A stretch of DNA of 64,000 nucleotides. Origin: the human T2T-CHM13v2.0 reference genome, Homo sapiens. The translations under genes and the position numbers were made by a program. The stretch lies in NCBI RefSeq assembly GCF_009914755.1, contig NC_060938.1, one strand, 5' to 3'. Below the pieces are notes generated by a model that worked only from the letters and a program-made list of their open reading frames with translations, was not told where the DNA came from and ran no database searches. Positions 45,541-64,000 of the stretch are shown here, in pieces; position 1 is the stretch's first letter; the number at the start of each line of letters is the position of its first letter.

Positions 45541-46885
45541 TGAGCTACCGCACCTGGCCTGAATCAAGATTTTTTTAGCCACAACTTGTGCCTTACAAGT
45601 TTTTTATTCTAAGGATTAGACAAGTAAATTATTTTTCACCGTATTACATTAGTTCACCTACTATACCAGTAACAATTATTTTATTCAAAAGTGAAACAGA
45701 TTTTACTATATTTATGGGACAATAACAGTTCCCCCTTCCTATTCATATTCTTAGATGCTTTCTCATAAATTCAGCTGTGAAGAGTCACATTATCTTTGAT
45801 CCATGTGAGACTATCTTCTTGTTTTATCTACTCCTGTTAGTCTCCATATGTCATTACTCTTACCCTCCACCCCACGTTACTGTTTTAATGTGTTTAGTAT
45901 GTGTATGTGTTCTTACATAGTTTATTTTGGTATGTTTGGTACTTTATGTAAATATTACATATGTCTTATCTGTGCGCTTAATATATTGCATCTAACTGCT
46001 GAATAGCAGTGAGATGTATGCATCTACCACATTTTACCAGTCTGCTCGCCAGAGGTGCACATGTTAATTTTCTCCAACTCTGTCACCACAAAAAAAATGC
46101 TTCAACATCTTCATGCATGTCCCCTTATGGAGCAATGTAAGAGTTTCTTTGGGATATATAGCTTGGAATGGACTTGATGGGTCACAGGAAATGTCAGATT
46201 GTTCTTCTAGATGGCTGCTTCCATCAATAGTGCACCACAGTTTTTGTATTCCCGTTTCTCTGCCAACATTTCAGAGCTTTCTGCCTTTTCCCTATCTAAC
46301 AGGCCTAAGGTGATACTACATTGTGGTTTTAACTTGTATTTCTCTCTGATTTTTAGAATCTCTTTATACATTCCTTGGCTTTGGGTGCATTCTTGTTTTT
46401 TGCGGGGGTTGGTGATTTTTATCAAATCAAGGACAGACATCCCATTCTAATCCTAGTTTGCTATAGGAATTTTGTGGGGGCTCTTTGGTAGAGACAGGGT
46501 CTTGCTATGTTTGCCCAGGCGGGTCTCAAACTTCCGGGTTTAAGCAAGCCTCTTGCCTCAGCCTCTGAAGGTGCTGGGATTACAAGCATGAGTCACCATG
46601 CCTGGCCAAGAGTTTTTAAATTATAAATTGTTCAATCTTATCAAATCCTTTTTCTATGTTGAATGAAATAATTGCCTAGCTGCTTTCAAAAGTGAAACGT
46701 GACTTTGTGAATATTTCTAAAGTACAAAATACTTGGAGGACAGCCATTTATTGTCACAACTTGGCTTTGTAGTTTGTTTTTGTTTTTGTTTTTTAACATT
46801 TGGAAACCATACCTATGTGTTAAGTAAGTGGCTTGTGATTTAAGGAATAGAATGCATGTAAGGGCACACTTCTTTTGTTTTACAG

Positions 46886-46980
46886 AAGGGATCAAGTTCT
46901 GTTCAGGAAGATTTGAAACATAGTGTAAAGTTGTTGCTGTTTTAAACTTGTAAACCTGATTCTTCTCATGTGGGAGGTAC
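46886..46980 (+). other. Candidate cryptic/poison cassette exon in MARK3 intron 1
   Basis: Strong acceptor cttcttttgttttacag|AAG; overlapping donors GAG|gtacgt (46977) and TAC|gtaagt (46981); in-frame TAA at 46943-46945. Confidence 0.5.
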
Positions 46981-47381
46981 GTAAGTAGGCCTCTCAGATT
47001 TCAGGTTGGTTCTCTGCCTGGTAGATACAAGGGCAAAACTATTCTGGAACCATATTGATGTTAAAAAAATTTTTTACGGACTTCCTGCCGGCAAGGATTT
47101 TTTTAAAAGATTTTTTAAATGTGTCTAAGAAATGTTTTAATTTGTCTTCTGATTATACAGTGATTTACAATTCATGCTTCTTTTATATGTGGGCAAAATT
47201 AAGAACTAATATGTAAAACAAAATGGAGCACATTCCCATTTTTCTTATTGCTTTGAGTTGATATGGCCCCTATGTCAGTAGTGCTTTGGCTGAACGTCAC
47301 AAAGACCTAACACAGTGCCCTAAACAAATAGGGGGTTTGTTTTTCTCCAAAAAGAAATTTGGGGTAGGGTGCGGTGGCTCA

Positions 47382-47699
<318 letters not shown>

Positions 47700-47886
47700 T
47701 CAGCAGTTCAGTAATATTGGAGTTGGTGGTATTTTAAGGTAGTTTTGTCTTTTCTGTCATGTTTGAGACCCTGTAGCTACAGGATAATGTTTTACAGTTA
47801 CAGCTACATGGTTGCATTCAAGGAAGGAGGAAGGAACTGTACTGGCAACTCTGTCCTTACCCCCCCACCCTCCTTTTTTTTTTTGA

Positions 47887-48099
<213 letters not shown>

Positions 48100-48872
48100 T
48101 GATCTGCTAGCCTTGGCCTCCCAAAGTGCTGGGATTACAGGTGTGAGCCACAGTGCCCGGCCTCCCCTTTTATGATAAACAAAGGCATTACCAACCCCTA
48201 CCCCCTACTACATTGCCACCTAGTAGACTTTAACTAATGAGAACTGGCCAGAACTAAGCCAGATGGCTATCTCTAGCTGCAGAGAAGTTTGGGAAAACAA
48301 GTATTTGGCCAATGTGGTCTCCCTAAACACGTGTTCAACTTCTTGAAGAAGGAAATCTCATGTCTTTGGCTGTATTCAGCATTTTTCAGTAGCAGTTACA
48401 TATTCTAGTTTTCATGGTGGATGAAGTGGTACCAGCTTAGTTCCACAGGAGGGAGAAGAATCAGGACTCATTTAATCCATAAGAATTAAACTCAGCAGCT
48501 TTTGAGTACCCATTATGTGCATAGTCTGCCATGAAATATTATAAAGTAGTCCAGGTATGGTGGCTTACACCTGTAATATCAGCACTTTGGGAGAATAAGA
48601 CAGGAGGATTGCTTGAGGCCAGAGTTTGAGATCAGCCTGGGCAACATAGTGAGATCCTATCTCTACAAAAAATTAAAACATCAGCCATGTGTGGTGTACG
48701 CACCTGTAGTACCAGCTACTAAGGAGGCTGAGGTGGGATGATCCCTTGAGTCCAGGAGTTCGAGGCTGCAGTGAGGTATGATCGATCACACTACTGTACT
48801 CCAGCCTGGGCAACAGAACGAGACCCTGTCTCAAAAAAAAAAAAAAAAAAAAGTTATCAAAGAATTATATAA

Positions 48873-48877
<5 letters not shown>

Positions 48878-48921
<44 letters not shown>
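48878..48921. repeat. (TG)22 microsatellite
   Basis: Directly visible. Confidence 0.97.
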
Positions 48922-48925
<4 letters not shown>

Positions 48926-49324
48926 CAGGTTGTTTATTGGCTCCTTAGGAAGAAAAAAATACGTGTATGAAATAATTGATTAACAGTACAAGAACTCATA
49001 ATTATTTGTTTAAATGTTTAATGTTGGTACTGAGTGCTGTGGCATAGGAATAGGGAACTTTTTCTTAGGGTCGGTGATGGATTCTTGGGAAAATAAAATG
49101 AAGGGCAAATGGAAGCAAAAGACAATTTAATTTGCTTCTGTTTTAAGGGAACTTTTAAAAAGTTAATTCTTAAATTTTTTAATTTAAGGACTTCGTCAAG
49201 AAACATCGAATTAAATATATTGAGTTTAACCCTAACAAGCATCAGATCTTTCAGTCTGCTGTATGAGGAAATACAAGTTTCTTTCTGCTTTCTATTATGA
49301 TTGTTGATTTGCATGAGCGTGTTT

Positions 49325-49700
49325 TAGGTTAGGCTGTGTTATGCTGTGGTAATACATACCACCAACATCCTCATGATTTAACACAATAAAAAACTTCTGC
49401 TCACACCAAGTCTGCTTGAGGGCTCATTGGCTCCGTGGAAACTGATCTCCATGTCCAGGCCAGTTTGGTCTTGTGGCCGTCCGTTTTAGGGCAGTGCTTA
49501 GGGTCAGGAGAGCAAAACACAGGGCTGGAGAGTTAAGCACAGGCAACTAAATGCTTCAGCATGGGAATGGCATTCATTTTCACTCACAGGATGTGTTCAG
49601 CTTAGTCACATGGCTGTCTATGCCTAACCTCAAGGGAAGGGAGTGCAGTCCTCCAGGAACTCAGATGTAAAAAAGCCAGTATGATGGATATAGTATTGTC
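49325..49700. mobile_element. Old MLT1(J/K)-like LTR
   Basis: TTATGCTGTGGTAATA...GATTTAACACAATAAA and TAGTCACATGGC hallmarks; highly diverged. Confidence 0.5.
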
Positions 49701-50631
49701 TACAAAAAAAAGTAGCATAATAGAGTTAGATACAAGCAAAGTACTCTAGGATCCCAGTAAGGAGAAGTAAGAAATTCTGATGAGATGCAGGGAGAGCCTT
49801 AGAAGGGTTCATGAAGATGGTGACAGATGATACAAACTCAGTAGAATGAGCAGGTTTTTCTTAGATTTGAAGAGAAGAAAGGACATTCAAACTAAGGGAA
49901 CAACACTGACTGAGTCAGAGCTAGACTCAAAGCTAGAGTCTACTGGCTGATGTCGTGGGAGAGGAAGAAGAGATGAGCGGGCCTTGAATTCGTTTAACAT
50001 TCAGCAAAAATGTATTGCATGTCTACCATGTGTTAGGCACTGTTTCAGGTTTGGGGAATATCTGATAATGAACAAAACACAAAAAGCCTGTCCTTGTGAA
50101 GGTTACATGCTAGTGGAAGAAGCGCTAAGGAGTTAGTATTTTATTATAAGCACACTGGTGAGTAAGCAAAGATAGGAACATTGGATGCCTGTGAATCTTA
50201 AGATTTTCCTGGCCGAGCGCGGTGGCTCATGCCTGTAATCCCAGCACTTTGGGAGGCTGAGGTGGGTAGATCACTTAAGGTCAGGAGTTCGAGACTAGCC
50301 TGGCCAACATAGTGAAACCCTGTCTCTACTAAAAATACAAAAATTAGCCGGGTATGGTGGCGCGCACCTGAGTCCCAGCTACTCATGAGGCTGAGGCAGG
50401 AGAATTGCTTCAACCTAGGAGGCGGAGGTTGCAGTGAGCTGAGATTGCGCCACTGCACTCCAGCTGACAGAGTGAGACTCCATCTCAAAAAAAAAAAGGA
50501 TTTTTCTAAGATTTCTATTTTACATTAAATAGAAGGCAGTTGGTTTGCATGAAAATTATTATTTCATCAATTTGACTGCCTCATTATAGAAAACACATAT
50601 TGAAGTCAAATAAAACGTAGAGATGAATCTC

Positions 50632-51058
50632 TGAAGTTAAAATATGTTATTTGGGACGCAAGAATTGCAATTTGGGGCACACAGACCACAGGGTGGTCTT
50701 CAGTATGTATGAAGAACAAAGTAAAGGATGGAGGTTTTATAAAGAGAAGTGTTACATATTTTGAAAGACAGGTCATTGGCACTAGTAAAGTTTTGGGGAG
50801 GTGGCAAGCCCTGATTGGTGAGTGACAGTGGTGGGTAATACTGGTCTTAGAGTCAGCAACAAGTTGTTTCAGTAGCCATTAGATAAACTGGTTTCAGGTT
50901 ACAATAGGCAGTTTCAGCAGCCAGGCTTACAGAGAATTATAATCTTGGAGCAATGTTACATCCCTCCCCCTCCCCTGGCCCCCCACCCCATCCCTGCCCC
51001 TCAGCTCTGATTTAGTTGAGTACGAATAGGATGACCCAATTAGTATGATCAGCTTTCA
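50632..51058 (-). mobile_element. ERV1-class solo LTR (MER31/MER67-like; subfamily uncertain)
   Basis: - strand begins TGAAAGCTGATCATACTAATTGGGTCAT and ends ...AACTTCA, giving TG..CA termini. Confidence 0.55.
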
Positions 51059-51265
51059 CACATGAAGGTTGAATTTATGAAACATGTAAATTTGAAAATA
51101 CATGTTTACATTGCAAAAAGCTTTTTTAACAAAAATTTTGGCCAGTAGTATAAATTCAGTGAATATGTTTTCATTGCACAGATAGTAAAACCACTTGATA
51201 CATACCTCATGGGGATATGGACCGCTTTATGCGCTGCTTTTTACCACACCTTAAATAGTGCCTGG

Positions 51266-51266
<1 letters not shown>

Positions 51267-51316
<50 letters not shown>
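51267..51316. repeat. (TG)25 microsatellite
   Basis: Directly visible. Confidence 0.97.
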
Positions 51317-51319
<3 letters not shown>

Positions 51320-52950
51320 CTCAGTAAATATTCAATGAATGAATGAAGAAATTCAGAAGATAAAAAAGAGAAATTTCCCTTATTTTTAACCTTCTGAACA
51401 CTATAGTGGTTAGCATTTATATCATTTATTCAGCCATTCTAATATTTATTGAGTAGCAGTTTTGTACCAACTGCTGTTCTAAGATATAAGGAATAATAAA
51501 TTCCTGTTACTGTTTTCATGAAACTTAAATTCTAGTGTAATTAAAATCATGTAGAAATAAACATAAACATGATCACCCAGCTTCTTTTAAAACTAGACTG
51601 CAGTTGATGTAATAATTTGCATTACAACAGCATGCATCTTGTGCACAACAAAATCTACCTGTTTTTGTATTAAAGCCTTAGTGTCAAAGCTTTATTATCA
51701 TTTTAGTCTTTTATCAACTCCATATTTATAAATGGTCTATTTTCCCAAAGTTCTAATATGGAAATCAGAATCATTTTTGTTAGAGGAACAATGTTTACAA
51801 GTTGCCTAGATTTGCAGTGAGGTCATAAAAAGCCTGTTTAATCTAAAATAGACATTTGCAATAAAAACAGAAATTGTTGTTGAGATGCCATATTATGTGA
51901 TAACTGAGTAAAACAGACAAGAGCCTATCCCCTAACCTGGTATGTGAATGTGAAAATATTAGAGAAATAATGAAGAAGTAGATGGAGACTAATGAGGAAA
52001 TTCTGAAAAGGACATCTTTTGAGAAATTCAGAGGTAGATGGCGCAAGTTTTAAAGCTTACTTTCACTTTAAAACACCTGAGTTTCATTTCCTTTGATTTG
52101 AGTAAATTACAAAGCAGTTTATTAGTTAAATCAGGCTTGTTTTGATTTATAGGTATATAGAGAAAGACAGGACATTTTCCTGGACAGAAAGTTGGAAAAG
52201 AGAAACGTGTAAAGGGGGTGGAAAGTGGCTGTGAGTGCATGTGGAATGAGAAGCCTCCCTTGGGCAGGAGTTAACAGCCACAATGGGGAAAGGATTGGGA
52301 CATCTAATCCTTTGAGTGTGTGTGGGGGCCAAGGGAGCAGTAGTAGCAGGATGCCTGCGCATACAGCCATGTACACAGTGTGTACACAGAAGTGTAATTC
52401 TTGGGCCTGAATATTTCATAGGGTAGAGACATATTGAGTACTTTATTAAGTAAGCATATTGAGTACTTTATTCATCTATACAACAAGGGTCGTCTATTAA
52501 GGGCCACACAGTCTAGCTGTTTCTGTAAAGCACATTGTTTTGAATTACTGTTAGCAGTGTAGTATAGAAGGAAATCGGGAATCCAGATTCTCTATGGATT
52601 TCCCCCTGAACAGTTATGTGGCTGTATCCTTATCTAGTGAATGGTGACATTAGCTTTTCCCCTGCTGCACGGGCTGTAGTGAGGCTCAGGTGTGCAGGTG
52701 CACTTACTAACATATGGAAAAGTTAAGCACTGTATAACCAGAAGGTAGCCCTTTTACTCCTATTTTATATGACAGCCACGTATGCAAAATATCTAATTTC
52801 TTCCTGAACACTCAATTGAACTTCAACACTTCGTATTTTTCGTCTCAGAATTTTTATTTTCCTCAAATTTATATTATGTGGTTAAATTCCTTTGAAGTGC
52901 TAGATACTTTAAGATTAAAATTAAAGTAGGAATGTTTTTTCTTCAATTAG

Positions 52951-56463
<3,513 letters not shown>

Positions 56464-57162
56464 TAAAACAAATGCTCTCCCTGTGCGAGACCCTTCTGAT
56501 AGATGTGCCAAGACTGTGACACATATGGCGTAGCATTCATGCCTGCAGCCCACCAGGCCTGGGGCTGCAAGAGCATGAGCCCTGGGTCTGTCATCTGTCA
56601 GCATGCATCCTCTGTTTGCAGCAGTGTGCCCTGTAAATATTTTCATTTCCTGTGTGTGCGGAGACTTGGAAAAGGTTGGGAAGCACTGGACTGTGCTAAC
56701 TGGAATTTTAAAAGACTGTTGCCAGAAATTTGCCTTTTGACAATTCATTAATTTTAGTGATAAAATTCTTGTGGATTTTTAGTTAAGACTCCTTGTTGCT
56801 GAGCTGCCTTATAGACTGCTTTTGGAATCTGTAAACAGCTTGTGTGGGCGGAGCTGTCCTTGTTGTCCTTGATTAAAGCTTTCTTGAGATAAGGAACGGT
56901 GAGACCTCTGAGTTTCTTAGTTCCCACCAGTTCCAGGTGGCTACTTGCCAGCTTCCTCATGTGGGCAGAGATGGTGGGCCAAGAGAGCGTTGAGACAGAC
57001 GAACCTCTTCCATTTACCTTACCTGATTTACATTATCTAGAGTCTGGCCTGTGGTGTTTACTTCTAGTAGGTTCTTTCTCTAGAAATGCTTGAATATGAC
57101 TAGCAGAGTGGTTTAATTTAAAAACTTTCTCAGTTTCTCAGTTTTTTTAAAACTTTGAACAA

Positions 57163-57374
57163 GTTCTCACTCGTAAGTGGAGTTGAACAATGAGAACACA
57201 TGGACACAGGGAGGGGAACATCACACACCAGGGCCTGTCGGGGTGAGGGGCAAGGGGAGGGATAGCATTAGGAGAAACACCTAATGTAGCTGATGGGTCG
57301 ATGGGCGCAGCAAACCACCATGGCACATGTATACCTGTTTAACCTGCACGTTCTGCACATGTATCCCAGAACTT

Positions 57375-57407
<33 letters not shown>
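57163..57407 (+). mobile_element. 5'-truncated L1PA 3'UTR insertion
   Basis: GTTCTCACTC...GAACAATGAGAACACATGGACACAGGGAGGGGAACATCACACACC...AGAACTTAAAGT plus poly(A); 14-bp TSD AAAACTTTGAACAA at 57149-57162 and 57411-57424. Confidence 0.94.
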
Positions 57408-57409
<2 letters not shown>

Positions 57410-58051
57410 AAAAACTTTGAACAAAATCATTTTACTCTTGTGGGGTTTTTTTTGCCTATTGTAGATATGACATATAAAATGTAAACATTATAGAAATATA
57501 GAAATTCATTATGTAGAAAGTAAGTTCCTTGAAATTTGTCTCTTCAAAGACAATCACTTTCAGCAGTTTGGTGTATATTCCCAGAGTTTTTTATATAGAC
57601 ATTAACTTTTAAAAAATTTTAACAGAAAGGGACTCATGGAACATGATGACAGTTTTTTTACTTAGTAATGTACCTTGACCATGTCTGGGTCTTAGTACTC
57701 ATAGATCTGACATATTAGTCTAAAGGCAGCATAGTCTTCCTGGCTATGGTGGTACCATAGTTTATTTCCTATCAGTGGGCATTAGGGTTGTTTCTAAATT
57801 TTTGTTGTTACAAACAGATCTGCAGTGGACATTCTTTAGCATTGCGTGTCCTTGTTAAGTGTTTCTGTAGGATAATTCCTAGAAATGGAAGTCCTGGGTG
57901 AAAGTGGATGACTATTTGACATTGTAATAGATACTACTAAATTGGTTTTGAATAAAAAGTGATGTACCTACTTTATTATTCTACCAAAATGGAATAGAGT
58001 GTTCATTTTCGTACATGCTTCTACACTGTAGATAATTTTTGTCTATCTGAA

Positions 58052-58373
58052 GGTCTCAATCTGTTTTTGCTGCTGTAACACAATACCAGGGACTAGGTAA
58101 TTTATAAAGATAAGAAATTTATTTCTTACAATTGTGGAGGCTGGGAAGTCCAAGATCCAGGGGCTGCATCTGGCCAGGGCCTTCTTGATACATGAAGGGC
58201 GTGATGGAAGGGCAAAGAGTGGGGAAGGAAGGGAAGAGGAGGAGAAAGGAAGAAAAGAGGGCAGAGCCCTTGCAATCTGATTGCCTCTCCAGGGCCCCAT
58301 GCCTTAGTACTGCTGCAACAGCAATTACGTTTCACCATGAGTTTGGGAGGGGACATTCATTCAAACCATAGCA
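58052..58373 (-). mobile_element. MaLR LTR (MSTC/D-like)
   Basis: TTTGCTGCTGTAACA...GGAGGCTGGGAAGTCCAAGATC...ATTCAAACCATAGCA. Confidence 0.8.
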
Positions 58374-59421
58374 CGTATGGACAAAAAAAGGGTGTAGAGA
58401 AAACCAGAAGTTGCTTTTTCCCTTTTCACTACTTAGATTTATGATCTTTTTATATATTTTTGTCATTCATAATTTCTTTTTGAGGCAAGTTCCCTGGCCA
58501 CCCGCAGTAGCTCATGCCTGTATTCATAGTGCTTTGGGAGGCCAAGGCAAGGAGGATCACTTGAGCCCAGGAGTACAAGACTGCATTGTGCTATGATTGT
58601 ACCGCTGTACTCCAGCCGGGGCAACAGAGGACACTCTCTAAAATAAATAAAAATAAAACAAGTTTCCTGTTTATATCCTTTATTCATTTTTCTTTTTTTT
58701 TAATCTTAGTGATTTAAACCCTTTATGTTTCAGTCATCTGTCTGATGTGTCTGTTAATGTAGGTTATGAATATCTTTCCCTAGATTACTCCTTTTAACTG
58801 TTTATGATGTCTTTCTTGTTTTAGGGAAGTTTTTAAGTATTTATGTGGCAAAATCATTTAATCTTTTTCTTTATTACATTTGGGTTTCATGTCTTCTTGA
58901 AGATTTGTCCCGTGACTTAAAAAACAGTTCTATAGGCCGGGTGCAGTGGCTCACGCCTGTAATCCCAGCACTTTGGGAGGCCGAGGTGGGTGGATCACGA
59001 GGTCAGGAGATCGAGACCATCCTGGATAACACGGTGAAACCCTGTCTCTACTAAAAATACAAAAAATTAGCTGGGCATGGTGGCGGGCGCCTGTAGCCCC
59101 AGCTGTTCAGGAGGCTAAGGCGGGAGAATGGCATGAACCCGGGAGACGGAGCTTGCAGTGAGCTGAGACTGCATCACTGCACTGCAGCCTGGGTGACAGA
59201 GTGAGACTCCGTCTCGAAAAAACAAACAAACAAACAAAAAACCAGTTTTGTATTTTCTTCTAATACTCCTCCTATGGCTCACATTTTAACGTTTAATTCA
59301 TGTGGTATGTATTTGGGAAGATTAGTATTAGGTGTAGGGATCTGACTTTTTTTTTCCACTTGGATTACAATTGTCCCAGAACCATCAGTTCTCTCCCAAC
59401 AATTGAAGATACCTGCGTTAA

Positions 59422-59688
<267 letters not shown>

Positions 59689-60009
59689 TGAGTAAGTGGG
59701 ATTACAGGTGTGTGCCACCACGCCCAGCTAATTTTTGTATTTTTAGTAGAGATGGGATTTCATCATGTTGGCCAGGATGGTCTCGATCTCTTGAACCCAT
59801 GAACTGCCCACCTCAGCCTCCTAAAGTGCTGGGATTACAGGTGTGAGCCACCACGCCCGGCCAATGACTCTTATTTTTCAAAATTTTCATAGCTTTTTTT
59901 TTTTTTGGTCATTTACTCTTCCACATGAATTTTAGAATTAAGTTGCCATTTTCTAAAAACAGAGCATGAAATTTTGATTAGATTAGTTTTCATGGGATTA
60001 GTTGGTTTT

Positions 60010-60732
<723 letters not shown>

Positions 60733-60779
60733 GGGTTTAGTTGGTTTTATAAATTATTAATAGTTTGGGAGGAAATTGA

Positions 60780-61208
<429 letters not shown>

Positions 61209-62053
61209 TAAATTCATTTCAAGCTATTTTATAATTTTTGTTGCTAATGTAAATGGAACTTTTTTTTCCTCAAGAAGGCAATAATCATATAACTTCTTGC
61301 ATTTGGGAAACTTTTGATCTCTCATTTGGAATGTCGAAAATTAAGTTTATATTGTTTTTTAATAGCATGCTTTTTTTTTTTTTTTTGAGACAGAGTCTGG
61401 CTCTCGCCCAGGCTGGAGTGCAGCGCGATCTCGGCTCACTGCAAGCTCCACCTTTTGGACTCAAGCAACCTCCCACTTCAGCCTCCCCAGTAGCTGGGAC
61501 CACAAGCACACAGTACCGCACCTGGCTTATTTTATTTTATTTTATTTTATTTATTTATTTTATTTTATTTTATTTTTGGTAGAGATGGAGTTTCACCATA
61601 TTGCCCAGGCTGGTCTTGAACTCCTGAGCTTAAGCAGTCCGCCTGCCTCGGCCTCCCAAAGTGCTGAGATTACAGGCGTGAGCCACCACGCCTGGTCAGT
61701 TGTCTTTTTTTGAGAATGTCAAATAAAATGGGATCATATGGTATGTAACCTTTTGAAACTGGCTTCTTCTCACTCAGCATCATGTCTTTGAGATTGATTC
61801 AGGCTGTTGCATATATTGACAGTTTGTTCCTTTTTGTTGCTGAGAAGTATTCTGTTGTATGGCTGTGCTACAGTTGGTATTAGCTCCCCCACTGAAGGAC
61901 ATTTGAATAGTTTCCAGTGTTTGGCAATTATGAATAGAACTCCTGTACAGGTTTTTCTGTGAACATAAGTTTTAATTTCTCTAGGAGTGACATTACTGGA
62001 TCGTGTGGTAAAGAATTAAGTGAATTGTTAACTAGAAAACTGATTTTATATAA

Positions 62054-62526
<473 letters not shown>

Positions 62527-62852
62527 TGAAGAACTAAAACCTCTGAAGAAAACCCAGAGGGTTGTGGGAAGAGTGGCATTGATGATTTGGGGACTTAATT
62601 TGTTCTGAGTCAGTATAAGTTAAAGGCTTATTGTGTATTATGTTGAGAGTTTTAACTGCTATCCTTGGGGTAAGAACAGAGATGTAGAATTATATCGTGA
62701 AAAGAATTTTCTGAAAGAAGGGAGTAGGGACAATCTATATCATGCATTTAAGTCACAAGGATGTCGTGAACATAAAAGATACTCACGAAGGCCGGGCATG
62801 GTGGCTCATGCCTGTAATTCCAGCACTTTAGGAGGCCAAGGTGGGCAGATCA

Positions 62853-63122
<270 letters not shown>

Positions 63123-64000
63123 TCATGAAAAACTATATGTTCGTTGGAAGAAAGTTGTTTTAATTTAACATGTTGGAATAAGAATTATAAACAAGATACA
63201 TTAATATGTACACTCTGAAGACCATTTTAAATCAAGCCTTTAAATAGCCTAGTTATGGTGTAAGTTCAGTTTAGATGAGACTTCCCACAGGATGACCATG
63301 AACCAATCAGAAATGGATATCAAAATGCTCATTTTATATATTTTTAAAATACATGTACCAGTTGTGAAATTCATCTGATTTAGCTCTTAAATGAAAATGC
63401 TACCCATTATCCATATTGTCCTGGAAGCATCTATCCCATATTTACTATGAATCTGGGGATGTTAGTTGCATCTGCTGTCTTGCTTTTGACCAACTTTTCA
63501 TAGCTTATGGTTATTTTGGTGTGAAATATTGCCTGTTTTACACCACAGTTTTCTTTCAAGTTCATTATTTTCCCCCCACTAATTTTCATAGCCTCCCAGA
63601 GACCTTTCCCCTCACACGAACTACAGAACTCACTTGTTTCAGTCATTTGTACTTTATTGGAGTTATTTATTGTTTAAAAATTATTTTCCTAAAGTAATGC
63701 ATGCACATAGCTTAACAAGTCAAATATACTAAAAAGTTCTAATGACAATCAGAAGTTTCTTTTCTTATCCCTCTTTTTCCTCAGCATTATTACTCAAAGG
63801 CCCCAACTTTTTTAAGCTCTTTCTTCTGTTACTCTAATAGCTTTCTCCAAATTTATCATTTTAAACATCATTGACTTCCACTTCCCACTTCCATATCTAC
63901 ATTTCTTTCCCTAGCTTTTCTATTGCAGTGATATATTTGGCTTATTTACTTAAATTACGACTGTGTAAGTATTGTTGAGCTTTGGCTATGATCATTTATT

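Overview
Human (primate) genomic DNA, very Alu-rich, containing the 5' end of MARK3 (C-TAK1/PAR-1a kinase; chr14q32 by recall). The gene runs on the + strand: CpG-island promoter at about 32.75-34.3 kb, a long GC-rich 5'UTR, coding exon 1 (33965-34015), a 19 kb intron 1, exon 2 (53020-53211) and the start of intron 2. Three processed pseudogenes (HMGB3, RPSA, RPL10A) lie on the - strand with recognisable target-site duplications (TSDs). The rest is Alu, old L1, MaLR/ERV LTR, DNA-transposon and microsatellite sequence; almost all computed ORFs are Alu or low-complexity artefacts. I found no convincing novel multi-gene system. The best leads are: a frameshifted piggyBac (Looper-like) transposase fossil at the left edge that the ORF track largely misses; a candidate poison cassette exon in MARK3 intron 1; inverted-Alu geometry favouring circularisation of the stop-free 192-nt exon 2; two uORFs and an RFX/NF-Y/E2F/ETS-CRE/YY1 motif stack at the promoter; a near-consensus AluYg6; an Alu-mediated 231-bp tandem duplication; a target site hit twice by retrotransposition; and fold-back repair scars. 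Repeat subfamily names come from recalled consensus sequences, not from a search, and repeat boundaries are approximate unless TSDs are quoted.
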